From the NCBI GenBank assembly GCA_963796275.1, contig CAWCKY010000001.1, positions 448,001 to 512,000 of the forward strand: a stretch of DNA of 64,000 nt, in the 5' to 3' direction. This document shows, one piece after another, positions 11,644 to 24,101 of the stretch. The notes beneath the pieces are model-generated. The model was not told where the DNA came from, did no database searches, and worked only from the letters and a program-made list of their open reading frames with translations. Source of the DNA: an uncultured Acidobacteriota bacterium (GTDB lineage: Bacteria > Acidobacteriota > Blastocatellia > RBC074). The position numbers and the translations under genes are program-made. Position 1 is the first letter of the stretch. Each line of letters starts with the position of its first letter.

Positions 11644-12229
11644 ATGAAAAAACCCGTGCGTAGACCCAGGCACGCTTCGAACGAACGTGCTCATTCCATT
11701 GCGGTCGAAGATTCAATAAAAAATAACCCGGAGGCACTGCCGAGTCTGATCGAAATAAAAGAATCTCATCGAGCTCATCTCCGCCAAACAGTTCAATGAG
11801 TTCGAACTCCAGCGCGGCGATTTTTATATACGCGTCCAGATAGGTCAAAGCAGGATCGTGACCGAATTGAACCTACAGGGGCAGGGGATGAATTCTTCCA
11901 ACTCTCTTGCAGAAGGCAAGCCGTTCGTTCCCGTAGCGGTCACCCACCAGACTCTCGTCGCACCGCCTCCCGCCGTTCCCGAAGAGGAGAAACTACACAT
12001 TATCATTTCGCCTATAGTCGGCACTTTCTACCGCTCGCCGGACCCTTCGTCCGACCCGTTCGTCAAAATCGGTGAAGAAGTAGAAGCAGGACAAACGCTC
12101 TGCATCATCGAAGCGATGAAACTGATGAACGAGATACAATCCGATGCGAATGGAAAAATCGCCAAGGTATTTGTCGAGAACGGCCAACCGGTGGAATATG
12201 GACAGCAATTGTTCGGACTCAGAGTGTAG
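11644..12229 (+). CDS. accB: Biotin carboxyl carrier protein, apparent 1-nt frameshift near 11760-11764
   Basis: C-terminus has [11 protein letters not shown] and EAMKLMNEI; the N-terminal motif [26 protein letters not shown] is split across two frames. Confidence 0.9.
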
Positions 12230-12343
12230 TTTTTATAGGAAACAATTAAGACAAAGGAGCGAAGGGGCAGAGGCAAAAGCGTGGAGTACTCTTTATTGCC
12301 TTTTGCCCTTTTTGCTTTTTATGTTTCCGTTTGCTAGTGGAAT

Positions 12344-13681
12344 ATGTTCAAAAAAATACTGATCGCCAATCGTGGTGAAATAGCATGCCGCGTCATTTGG
12401 GCTTGCCGTGAGCTTGGCATTCGAACCGTCGCCGTGCATTCCGAGGCAGACCGCGATGCGCTCCACGTGCGGTTCGCCGATGAGGCAGTGTGCATAGGTC
12501 CTGCTCCGTCTTCGAACAGTTACCTCAACATCCCACAAATAATCTCGGCCGCCGAAATCTATAACGTCGACGCGATCCATCCGGGCTATGGCTTCCTCTC
12601 GGAGAACCCTCACTTCGCCGAAGTCTGCCGAGAGTGCAACATCTCCTTCATCGGTCCATCGCCCGAAGTCATGCGGATGATGGGCGATAAATCCGAGGCG
12701 AAGCGGACGATGATCGCCGCGGGCGTACCCGTCACCCCCGGCAGCGAGGGTTTGCTTGTAAATGAAGCGGATGCAATCAAAGAGGCCGAGAAGATCACAT
12801 ATCCCGTTCTGATCAAGGCGACCGCTGGTGGCGGGGGCCGTGGAATGCGCATCGCCCATACCCGAGATGAGCTGATAAACGCCTACCGAACCGCTCGCTC
12901 GGAAGCCGAAGCTGCCTTCAAAAACAGCGGAGTATACCTGGAGAAGTATATCGAGAACCCGCGTCACATCGAGATTCAAGTGCTCGCCGATAACTATGGC
13001 AATGTGATCCATCTGGGCGAGCGCGAATGTTCGATACAACGCCGGCATCAAAAATTGATCGAGGAAGCGCCATCGTCCGCCGTCAGCTACGAACTGCGAC
13101 AGGAGATGGGTCGGGTCGCCGTCCGGGCGTGTCGGGAGGTAGGGTACAGCAATGCCGGCACGATTGAATTCCTGCTCGACGATAGAGGGCGATTTTATTT
13201 CATGGAAATGAATACCCGGATTCAGGTCGAACATCCGGTAACGGAATTTGTCACTCTGACTGATCTGGTTTCAGCTCAAATCCGCATCGCCGCCGGCGAG
13301 CATTTGGAATACACACAAGAGGAATTGATCTTCTCGGGACATTCGATGGAATGCCGCATCAATGCGGAAGATCCCGTCACCTTCACACCTAGTCCCGGAC
13401 GAATCACGGCACTCAATCTGCCGAGCGGCCCCGGCGTGCGGGTCGATACGGCGATTTACGATGGGTATTTCGTCCCGCCACACTACGATTCGTTGATCGC
13501 CAAAGTAATCGTTCACAGCCGCACCCGCGAACGCTCGATCGCGCGTATGCGCCGCGCGCTCGAATCGATGGTCGTCGAAGGAATAAAGACGACTGTCCCG
13601 TTGCACCTTCGGATTCTCAATGATCCCGATTTTATAGCCGGTAACATCACGACACGGTTTATGGACCGATTTTTGAAGTGA
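12344..13681 (+). CDS. accC: Biotin carboxylase
   Basis: [39 protein letters not shown]. Confidence 0.98.
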   Translation: MFKKILIANRGEIACRVIWACRELGIRTVAVHSEADRDALHVRFADEAVCIGPAPSSNSYLNIPQIISAAEIYNVDAIHPGYGFLSENPHFAEVCRECNISFIGPSPEVMRMMGDKSEAKRTMIAAGVPVTPGSEGLLVNEADAIKEAEKITYPVLIKATAGGGGRGMRIAHTRDELINAYRTARSEAEAAFKNSGVYLEKYIENPRHIEIQVLADNYGNVIHLGERECSIQRRHQKLIEEAPSSAVSYELRQEMGRVAVRACREVGYSNAGTIEFLLDDRGRFYFMEMNTRIQVEHPVTEFVTLTDLVSAQIRIAAGEHLEYTQEELIFSGHSMECRINAEDPVTFTPSPGRITALNLPSGPGVRVDTAIYDGYFVPPHYDSLIAKVIVHSRTRERSIARMRRALESMVVEGIKTTVPLHLRILNDPDFIAGNITTRFMDRFLK

Positions 13682-13809
13682 ATTTTCATAGCACGCCTCG
13701 AGAAAGTCTCTCGCATATTTAGGATCACTCCGATCTTGTGTATAGTGATGCACGGCTAGCTCACTTTGCGCGTTATTTTGAAATATATTCTGCAGCCGCA
13801 TCGCGGCAT

Positions 13810-14005
13810 TTGATCATTACCCGGCCTTTCGAGGTAGTGTCATCGCTTTCAATGATCGGGAAAGCGTCGAAATAAACGACCGGTTGCAAATAGCAATGGT
13901 TGGGTCGGCACTCCCGATAGTCTTTCTCAATCGTCGCTCTGCGACCGGGCACCTGCCTTGAACTTTTCCGGAAATTGAAAGCATTGAGAACCGGGCCACG
14001 ATCAA
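13810..14005 (+). ncRNA. Candidate structured RNA of unknown family
   Basis: Nested helices, four internal hairpins and an 8-bp pseudoknot read by eye; G-U pairs favour the + strand; upstream extended -10 TGTGTATAGT at 13737-13746. Confidence 0.55.
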
Positions 14006-14086
14006 TCTTCGCAACGCGGTCGCCGCGCCACTGCAGGCTACGCGACTTAAACCACTTTTCCAACATATTTTGACGGGAGGATTTCG

Positions 14087-14977
14087 ATGAAACGAGGCAT
14101 TCTGTTTTCACTCTCAGTTATTCTCATCGCTGCACAAATTCTCACGACGGGCGAGGCGGAAATCCAGATCGAAAATGACCCGGACAAGAGAGAATGGCTT
14201 CAGCTCTTCAACGGCAAAGACCTCAAAGACTGGGATATCAAAATCTCCGGCTACGATATTAACGACAACTTCGGCCAGACTTTTCGGGTTGAGAATGGAG
14301 TGATGAAAGTAGCCTACGACAAATACGACGCATTTAATAACCGGTTCGGGCATATCTTTTATCGCGAGAAGTTTTCTCATTACATAATTGCGGTGGAATA
14401 CCGCTTCGTAGGCGAACAGGTCCCCGGGGGGCCGAACTGGGCGCTGAGAAATAGCGGGATTATGCTTCACTCCCAATCAGCCAAAAGCATGCTGAAGCAA
14501 CAGGACTTCCCGATCTCCATCGAGGTACAGTTGTTGGGCGGAACGGGAAAGGGCCCGCGGACTACCGCCAATCTATGCACACCCGGGACAAACGTCGTGA
14601 TGGGCGGAAAATTGATCACTCAACACTGTATCAATTCCAGCTCGAAGACCTACGATGGCGAGCAATGGGTCAGGGCCGAGGTAGAAGTGTTGGGCGACAC
14701 ACAGATAAAACACCTGCTGGAAGGCCAGGCAGTCCTGACATATGATAAACCGCAGATCGGCGACGGATCAGTCAGTAACTACGACGCGCAGGTCAAAAAG
14801 GATGGGACGTTGTTGAGCGAAGGCTATATCTCGCTGCAAAGCGAGAGCCATCCCGTCGAATTCCGCAAAGTAGAGCTGCTCAATCTGATGGGGTGCACCG
14901 ATAAGAAGGCATCAAATTACAAATCCTACTTCGTCAAATCCGACCCCTCAAAATGCAGGTACGATCGCAAGGACTGA
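14087..14977 (+). CDS. DUF1080 / 3-keto-disaccharide hydrolase family secreted protein
   Basis: Signal peptide, WLQLFNGKDLKDW, NSGI, GYISLQSESHPVEFRKV. Confidence 0.88.
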   Translation: MKRGILFSLSVILIAAQILTTGEAEIQIENDPDKREWLQLFNGKDLKDWDIKISGYDINDNFGQTFRVENGVMKVAYDKYDAFNNRFGHIFYREKFSHYIIAVEYRFVGEQVPGGPNWALRNSGIMLHSQSAKSMLKQQDFPISIEVQLLGGTGKGPRTTANLCTPGTNVVMGGKLITQHCINSSSKTYDGEQWVRAEVEVLGDTQIKHLLEGQAVLTYDKPQIGDGSVSNYDAQVKKDGTLLSEGYISLQSESHPVEFRKVELLNLMGCTDKKASNYKSYFVKSDPSKCRYDRKD

Positions 14978-14984
14978 CACCAAG

Positions 14985-16752
14985 ATGGATCTGACCAATA
15001 TTTTCCGCACTAAATCGATCGAGAAGCTTCAGGCAGACGTTCATGCCGGCTACGCCGAAAACGAGGGAGGGGCTGGCCTGCTCAAGCGCGCGCTCGGCGT
15101 GACAGACCTGACGCTGCTCGGCATCGCAGCTGTCATCGGGGCCGGCATCTTTTCCACTATCGGCAAAGCGGCAGCCAGCGGCGGTCCAGCCGTGTCGATG
15201 TTGTTCATCTTCACGGCGATCGCCTGCGCATTCGCGGCGCTCTGCTATGCAGAATTCGCCTCAATGATTCCCGTAGCCGGGTCGGCCTACACTTACGCTT
15301 ACGCTTCATTCGGCGAATTGATTGCCTGGATCATCGGCTGGGACCTGTTGATGGAATATGCCATCGGCAACATCGCAGTGGCTATTTCGTGGAGTGAATA
15401 TTTTACGACTCTCCTAGCCGGCTACGGCGTCAATCTGCCTGAATTCCTGACGATGGATTTCCTGACTGCTTCGCGCGGTTACTCTAAGGTCAGCGAACTG
15501 CTGCAGATCGGCAATACCCTTGATCAAATCAAAGAGATGGACGGAATGAGTGAATCCGTCGCCGCTTATCTCGCATGGATGAAAGCTCCGGTAATCGCCG
15601 GCTGGCATTTCGTCTGCGACCTGCCCGCACTTCTCATCACGTTTCTCATAACGGCGCTGGTCTATGTCGGCATCAAGGAATCTAAAGCCGCTTCCAATGT
15701 AATGGTGATCATCAAACTGGGAGTGATCATTCTCGTGATCGTCCTGGGCGCGTTCTATGTGAATCCTGCGAATTGGGATCCTTTCGCGCCAAATGGCATA
15801 GGAGGGGTACTGAAGGGCGTATCGGCGGTCTTCTTCGCATACATCGGCTTCGATGCTATCTCTACGACGGCCGAGGAATGCAAGGATCCGCAGCGCGATC
15901 TGCCGCGCGCAATGATCTATTCGCTGATCATCTGCACCGTGCTCTACGTTCTGATCTCGCTCGTATTGACGGGCATGGTCAATTACAAGAACCTGGGCGT
16001 CGCCGATCCGATGGCTTTCGTATTCGGCGCCGACGGCGCGAATCTCAATTGGATCAAAGGCATCATCGCCATCAGCGCGGTAATCGCAATGGCGACAGTC
16101 TTACTCGTGTTCCAACTGGGTCAACCGCGCATCTGGATGGCCATGAGCCGCGATGGGCTCTTACCCAGGATATTCTCGTCAATCCATCCGAGATTCAAAA
16201 CACCATGGTTCTCAACCATCGTCACCGGATTGTTCGTCGCAATCCCTTCTCTGTTTATGAACCTGACAGAGGTGACCGATCTGACGAGTATCGGCACGCT
16301 CTTCGCTTTCGTGCTCGTCTGCGGCGGCGTGCTGATCCTCGATCGCACAAATCAGGGCGCTGAGCGGCGATTCCGGGTCCCATACGTCAACTCTAAGTAC
16401 ATCATCCCAGCGCTCTTTCTTCTCATCTGCCTCTGGTTCATCTTCTTCAACAATGAAGCCGCTCGCTCAGTTCTTCAGCATGAGCGATCCCAACGAGCCA
16501 TCGCTCGGCGGTTGGGACGTGTTCAAACACAAGATACCCTTACTCATTTTCATGATCGTCTCACTGATCATCACGATCTGCTGCTTCACTCAAAATCTTT
16601 CTTTGATCCCCGTGCTCGGTCTTCTGACTTGCGGATATCTCATGACTGAACTCGGTTGGACCAACTGGGCGCGCTTCCTGATATGGCTGGTAGCCGGCTT
16701 GGCGCTCTATTTCGTCTATGGCATGAGGCACAGCAAGCTGGCTCAACGATGA
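14985..16752 (+). CDS. APC-family amino acid permease, apparent 1-nt frameshift near 16460
   Basis: GAGIF, CYAEFASM, GSAYTY, FFAYIGFDAIST; the C-terminus (WTNWARFLIWLVAG...RHSKL) is in the 16453..16752 frame. Confidence 0.88.
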
Positions 16753-16778
16753 CGTCAAGCGTGAGATGAAAATTTATC

Positions 16779-16807
16779 TTGACACATGTGTCGAAGAAGT
16801 TTATAAC
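16779..16807 (+). promoter_or_regulatory. Near-consensus sigma70 promoter
   Basis: TTGACA-17 nt-TATAAC. Confidence 0.8.
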
Positions 16808-16900
16808 CTACATCTAGTATGTTAATTGCTCTAGACCACAAGGAATATTTCAACACTTCATCTTGTGGTCAGGCTATCAACCAGAGAAAGGAGAGACACT

Positions 16901-16981
16901 ATGCCAGCCAAGAAAGCTGCCAAGAAGGCGCCGGCAAAGAAGGCCGCCAAATCAACGAAGAAAGCCACGAAGAAGAAATAA
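16901..16981 (+). CDS. 26-aa Lys/Ala-rich histone-H1-like microprotein
   Basis: MPAKKAAKKAPAKKAAKSTKKATKKK*; AAAGGAG RBS, own promoter and terminator. Confidence 0.8.
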   Translation: MPAKKAAKKAPAKKAAKSTKKATKKK

Positions 16982-17038
16982 CTTTTCTCTCGTTTGCTTG
17001 ATTCAAGAACCCAAAAGCATTGATTGTCGAGACATAAT

Positions 17039-17063
17039 AGGGGTGGGAAGCCGCCCCTTTTTT
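17039..17063 (+). terminator. Intrinsic terminator
   Basis: AGGGGTGG-gaag-CCGCCCCT followed by a T run. Confidence 0.8.
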
Positions 17064-17077
17064 ATTTCATGAAAAGG

Positions 17078-17168
17078 GCCACCAAATGCAGAAAGGGAGC
17101 ACAAAAAGCACTCAAGAAAATATTCGTGCTTTTTGTGTTCCCTTCTGGTTTTGTATTCCTTTTTTGGC
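17078..17168. repeat. Degenerate 9-nt periodic inverted repeat (GCACAAAAA/TTTTGTG type)
   Basis: gcacaaaaagcactcaag ... tgctttttgtgttcccttctggttttgtattccttttttgg. Confidence 0.6.
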
Positions 17169-17244
<76 letters not shown>

Positions 17245-17299
17245 AGACGAACCCAAAGATACAACAGCGCCTGACGCCGGTCAACTGAAGATCACACTC

Positions 17300-17560
17300 T
17301 CATACGCTCGCGCGCCTCGCCACCATTCGATATATCCATAATAGAAGCAAAGCACCGAGGATCGACATCACCCATCTGGCTTGATAATAAGGGCCTCTCA
17401 TCAAGATAAGGCGGCCTATTACAGTTCCGATGAATGAACCTGCGATGCCGATCAACATTGTAACGAGAATTCCACCAGGGTCTCTTCCTGGCATAATCAA
17501 CTTGGCAATTGCCCCAACCGCAAGGCCGAAGAGCGCGGTCCAGAGTAGGTCCGACAACAT
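17300..17560 (-). CDS. GlsB/YeaQ/YmgE (transglycosylase-associated) membrane protein
   Basis: GLAVGAIAKLIMPGRDPGGILVTMLIGIAGS; TTGACA-17-TAAAAT promoter at 17654-17626. Confidence 0.9.
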   Translation of the reverse strand: MLSDLLWTALFGLAVGAIAKLIMPGRDPGGILVTMLIGIAGSFIGTVIGRLILMRGPYYQARWVMSILGALLLLWIYRMVARRASV

Positions 17561-17672
17561 TTAAACGCCTCCTTACACTAAAACTGAACTATGGCCAGTT
17601 GGGAGTATAGGGAGGAAACTTCGGGATTTTACGTTCGCTTCCGAGGAGTGTCAATCAAGCAATCGATAAGTC

Positions 17673-20417
<2,745 letters not shown>

Positions 20418-20483
20418 TAGCTTTCTTTCCTGATTTCATGGTTGGTTGCATTGGTTAACGGAAAAATATCAGAGCAATATTGA

Positions 20484-20512
20484 ATTCTAGTTGGAGGGTG
20501 AATGGGCGTCAA
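20484..20512 (-). promoter_or_regulatory. Putative secA promoter
   Basis: TTGACG-17 nt-TAGAAT on the minus strand. Confidence 0.65.
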
Positions 20513-20629
20513 GCAAACCGGGCAGAGAGGGGCCTGAGGCAACTTTGACGGGCGTCCTCACGCTGTGGCACAATGCAATTTACCTCAAAGCCATACCCAA
20601 ATTCGAGATCAAATCTGGAGTTATAATCA

Positions 20630-20942
<313 letters not shown>

Positions 20943-20955
20943 TCCTTCCTCCTCA

Positions 20956-23900
20956 ATGCAGATAACCAAAGTCGAGATAAAAAATATCAAAAACCACGCG
21001 GAATCCGAGTTCACATTTCGACCAGGTGTGGTTGCGATCTGTGGACCCAACGGTTCGGGGAAGACGACGATCCTCGAGTCCGTCGCATGGGTGCTCTTCG
21101 ATCATCTCGACTATAAACGCGACGATTTTCTCAAACGCGGAACTAAGCGGGGGCAGGTAGCAGTCGGCTTCATCTCTGATATCGACGGACGCGAATACGT
21201 GGTGACCCGCGATACCGGTGGAGGTTATTTTGTCTATGACCCTGCGACGAAGACGCGGCTGGTCGAACAGAAGAATCAGGTAGTGCCATGGCTGAGGCAG
21301 CATATCGGGGTCGATCCGGGCACGGATCTGTCAGCGCTCTTTAAAACTACGATCGGCGTTCCCCAGGGAGCATTCACCTACGATTTCACCCTCGCACCAT
21401 CCAATCGCAAAAACATCTTCGATCAGGTCCTCAAAGTCGAAGAATACCGTGATGCCTCGGATAACCTGCGCGACACGATGCGACACCTCGAAGACCGTCT
21501 GGTTAATGTAGACAGACGACTCGCCGAAGCGGAGGGCGAACTTAAAGCCTATGACGAAGCGAAACGCGAGTATGGCGACACGGAACTGCGACTGAAGGCG
21601 CTGGAAGACGAACGGGAGAACGTAAATTCGGAGCGTGATCGGTTAACGCTCGAAGTCGAAGAGTTAAACGAGCTGCAAAAGAAGATAAACGTTCATGGGG
21701 GAGCGGTTGAGCGGCTGCGGGTGAAGTTCGATCTGACACGCGGCTCTCTCGCCACCGCCCAGGAAGCGGCAGAGCAGGCGCTCTCCGCCGCCAAGACCGT
21801 CGAAGCCGCGCGTCCCGGGTACGAAGAATATCTAGTAGCGATAAATCGATTGGTCGAACTCGAACGCCGGCGAGAAGCTCGTGATGCTCTGAGCAATCAG
21901 GTAGTAGCGATCGAGCGCGACCTGATCGAGGCGCGCAGCCACGCGCTGCGCAGCGAGGAGCGTTTGACTGAAATCGCCGACGCCCGCGCAAAGCTCTCGG
22001 GGCTTGCGCAAAAGGTCGAGGAGCAATGGGCAATCGAACAGAAGATCGCCGGCCTCCACGAAGGGCGCGGTGAACTGCAAAGCCTGAAGCGTTCGCTCGC
22101 CGCCCTCGATCGCGAGATGGATAAGCTCCGCGAGCGATACGCTGAGCTGGCGAAGCACATCGAAGCGGCGGAATCTCACGGCGAGTTGGCGGCGACCGCC
22201 AGATCGCTCGAACGGGAGCGGGCGCAGATCGATGATGAGATTACGCAGACGGAGCTGGCGGTCGGCAATTACCAGCTGAGGCGGGAGCATCTCGTGCGGT
22301 TGCATAAGGAGCTCGAACGCATGGCCCAGGAGCACGAGCGATATGCAAAAGAGATTGTGCGACTGAGCCAGCTCGTCCCGGTAGCCGCACGGCTCGCGCA
22401 ATCCGAAGTTCAGCAACAGACGGATACCGAAATCCTGGCTCATCTGCGCGCAGAGGTGGCTCGCGACGAGGAGATAATCTCCGCGCTGGAAAGCGGCGGA
22501 ATTTGCCCGCTTCTCTCCGAAAGATGTCTAAACCTTAAAAACGGTGAGTCGCTGGAAGGCCGGTTCCGTTCCGGTCTGGATTCACGGCGCCGGGAGATAG
22601 AGTCGCTTCATGTCGACTTGATCAGCCTCACTGAAGACGTGAAACGTTCGCGCGCAGTTGCTGCCGAGATATCTCGTCTTCCGCACCTGCAAACCGAATC
22701 GGTGCGTCTCACACAAGAGCTCGAAATCTGTCGCCGTCAGATCGCAAAAATCGAAGCGGAGATTCGGCCCGGCGCGAGCGCGAACGGGTCATCCATTTCA
22801 CAACTGAAGGCGAGACGCAGCGGGCTCGACCTGGAATTAAGCCGAGCGCGCGACGCCGAGCGCCTCATGAGCCAGGCGGAGGTATTGCGTGGCGAGTTGG
22901 GCGAAGTTACCAAGGCAGGTGAGCTGAAAAAGAGCGAGAGAGAAGAGATTGCCACGAGAATCGCCGGCTTGGGTGATATAGCTGCTGAGTTGGCAGAAGC
23001 CGAAACCTCGTTACGTGGGCTAGCCGATCCGCGCGGCCGATCGAACGCGCTCAGTCAGGTGGTCGCGCGCGAAGAAGAATGGCGAGGCGAGGCCGAAGAA
23101 GCCAAGCGCAAAGTTAAGGTCATCAGTGAGAACCTGGAGACAGTCATCGTCGAATTGAGCTCCTTCCTATCGCTCGACTCCGACATTGCCGCGTTTAATC
23201 AAAAACGCGCCCAAAACGAGCGGGATTATCAGAGTTATATCGCCAACGAAAAGATCGCCGCGACGGCTGCCGCGCGGGGCGCAGAAGTCTCGGCGCTCTC
23301 CGGCGAATTGCTGGAAACGGAGAATGCTCTAAGAACCCTGGTCGAAGAATTGGGAGAGTTCGAGACCCAATATAATGGGGAGCGGCACGCACGTGCGCAA
23401 ATGGAGCTCGAAGGATGGCGCGAGCGTGCCACACAAATCACTGCGCAACTCGAACACACGCAGGAGCATTACAGACGCCTCTCGACACAGCTCGCCTATC
23501 TCGATGAAGTCCGCGAGAAGATGCGCGAACACATCTCCGAGAAAGAGAAGACGCGCAGGTTGCGCGAGGCCGCCGATTTCATTCGAGACATACTGCAGAA
23601 GGCCGCACCCTATATTACCGAATCCTACCTCTTCACCATTTCGAATGAAGCGAATCAGCTATACCGTGAAATCACCGGCCGCTATGACATCACATTACAT
23701 TGGACGAAGGATTACGAGATAACACTCGAGGAAGAGGGCCGGGAGCGACCATTCCTGAATCTCTCCGGCGGTGAGCAGATGGCGGCGGCGCTTTCGATCC
23801 GTCTGGCAATGCTCAAAGAGCTGTCCGAAATCAACCTCGCTTTCTTCGACGAGCCAACCACAAATATGGACGAGGAGCGGCGGCGCAACCTGGCGCAGCA

Positions 23901-23991
23901 GATAGGACGCATCAAAGATTTCCATCAACTATTTGTGATCAGCCACGATGACAGCTTTGAAGAGTTCACCGATCAGATCATCACACTCTGA
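20956..23991 (+). CDS. SbcC/Rad50-like SMC ATPase
   Basis: Walker A GPNGSGKT, long coiled coil, central CPLLSERC, LSGGE, FFDEP, ISHD. Confidence 0.9.
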   Translation: MQITKVEIKNIKNHAESEFTFRPGVVAICGPNGSGKTTILESVAWVLFDHLDYKRDDFLKRGTKRGQVAVGFISDIDGREYVVTRDTGGGYFVYDPATKTRLVEQKNQVVPWLRQHIGVDPGTDLSALFKTTIGVPQGAFTYDFTLAPSNRKNIFDQVLKVEEYRDASDNLRDTMRHLEDRLVNVDRRLAEAEGELKAYDEAKREYGDTELRLKALEDERENVNSERDRLTLEVEELNELQKKINVHGGAVERLRVKFDLTRGSLATAQEAAEQALSAAKTVEAARPGYEEYLVAINRLVELERRREARDALSNQVVAIERDLIEARSHALRSEERLTEIADARAKLSGLAQKVEEQWAIEQKIAGLHEGRGELQSLKRSLAALDREMDKLRERYAELAKHIEAAESHGELAATARSLERERAQIDDEITQTELAVGNYQLRREHLVRLHKELERMAQEHERYAKEIVRLSQLVPVAARLAQSEVQQQTDTEILAHLRAEVARDEEIISALESGGICPLLSERCLNLKNGESLEGRFRSGLDSRRREIESLHVDLISLTEDVKRSRAVAAEISRLPHLQTESVRLTQELEICRRQIAKIEAEIRPGASANGSSISQLKARRSGLDLELSRARDAERLMSQAEVLRGELGEVTKAGELKKSEREEIATRIAGLGDIAAELAEAETSLRGLADPRGRSNALSQVVAREEEWRGEAEEAKRKVKVISENLETVIVELSSFLSLDSDIAAFNQKRAQNERDYQSYIANEKIAATAAARGAEVSALSGELLETENALRTLVEELGEFETQYNGERHARAQMELEGWRERATQITAQLEHTQEHYRRLSTQLAYLDEVREKMREHISEKEKTRRLREAADFIRDILQKAAPYITESYLFTISNEANQLYREITGRYDITLHWTKDYEITLEEEGRERPFLNLSGGEQMAAALSIRLAMLKELSEINLAFFDEPTTNMDEERRRNLAQQIGRIKDFHQLFVISHDDSFEEFTDQIITL

Positions 23992-24101
23992 GAATCGGGA
24001 GACACAAAAATAAAAAGAAGCAAGAAGGACAGATGAATCTTACCCTTCTTGCCTCTTTATCGATCCCCCATAAGGAGATCGGTCATCTCATCGATACTTC
24101 A

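Noticed and set aside
13810-14040. Lysine, cobalamin, SAM or glycine riboswitch; RNase P; tmRNA; SRP
   Set aside because: Diagnostic conserved motifs not found by eye; only a short GCCACTG resemblance
13773-14111. 112-aa minus-strand ORF over the structured spacer
   Set aside because: No recognisable motifs and it overlaps the DUF1080 start; the dense base-pairing explains the region better
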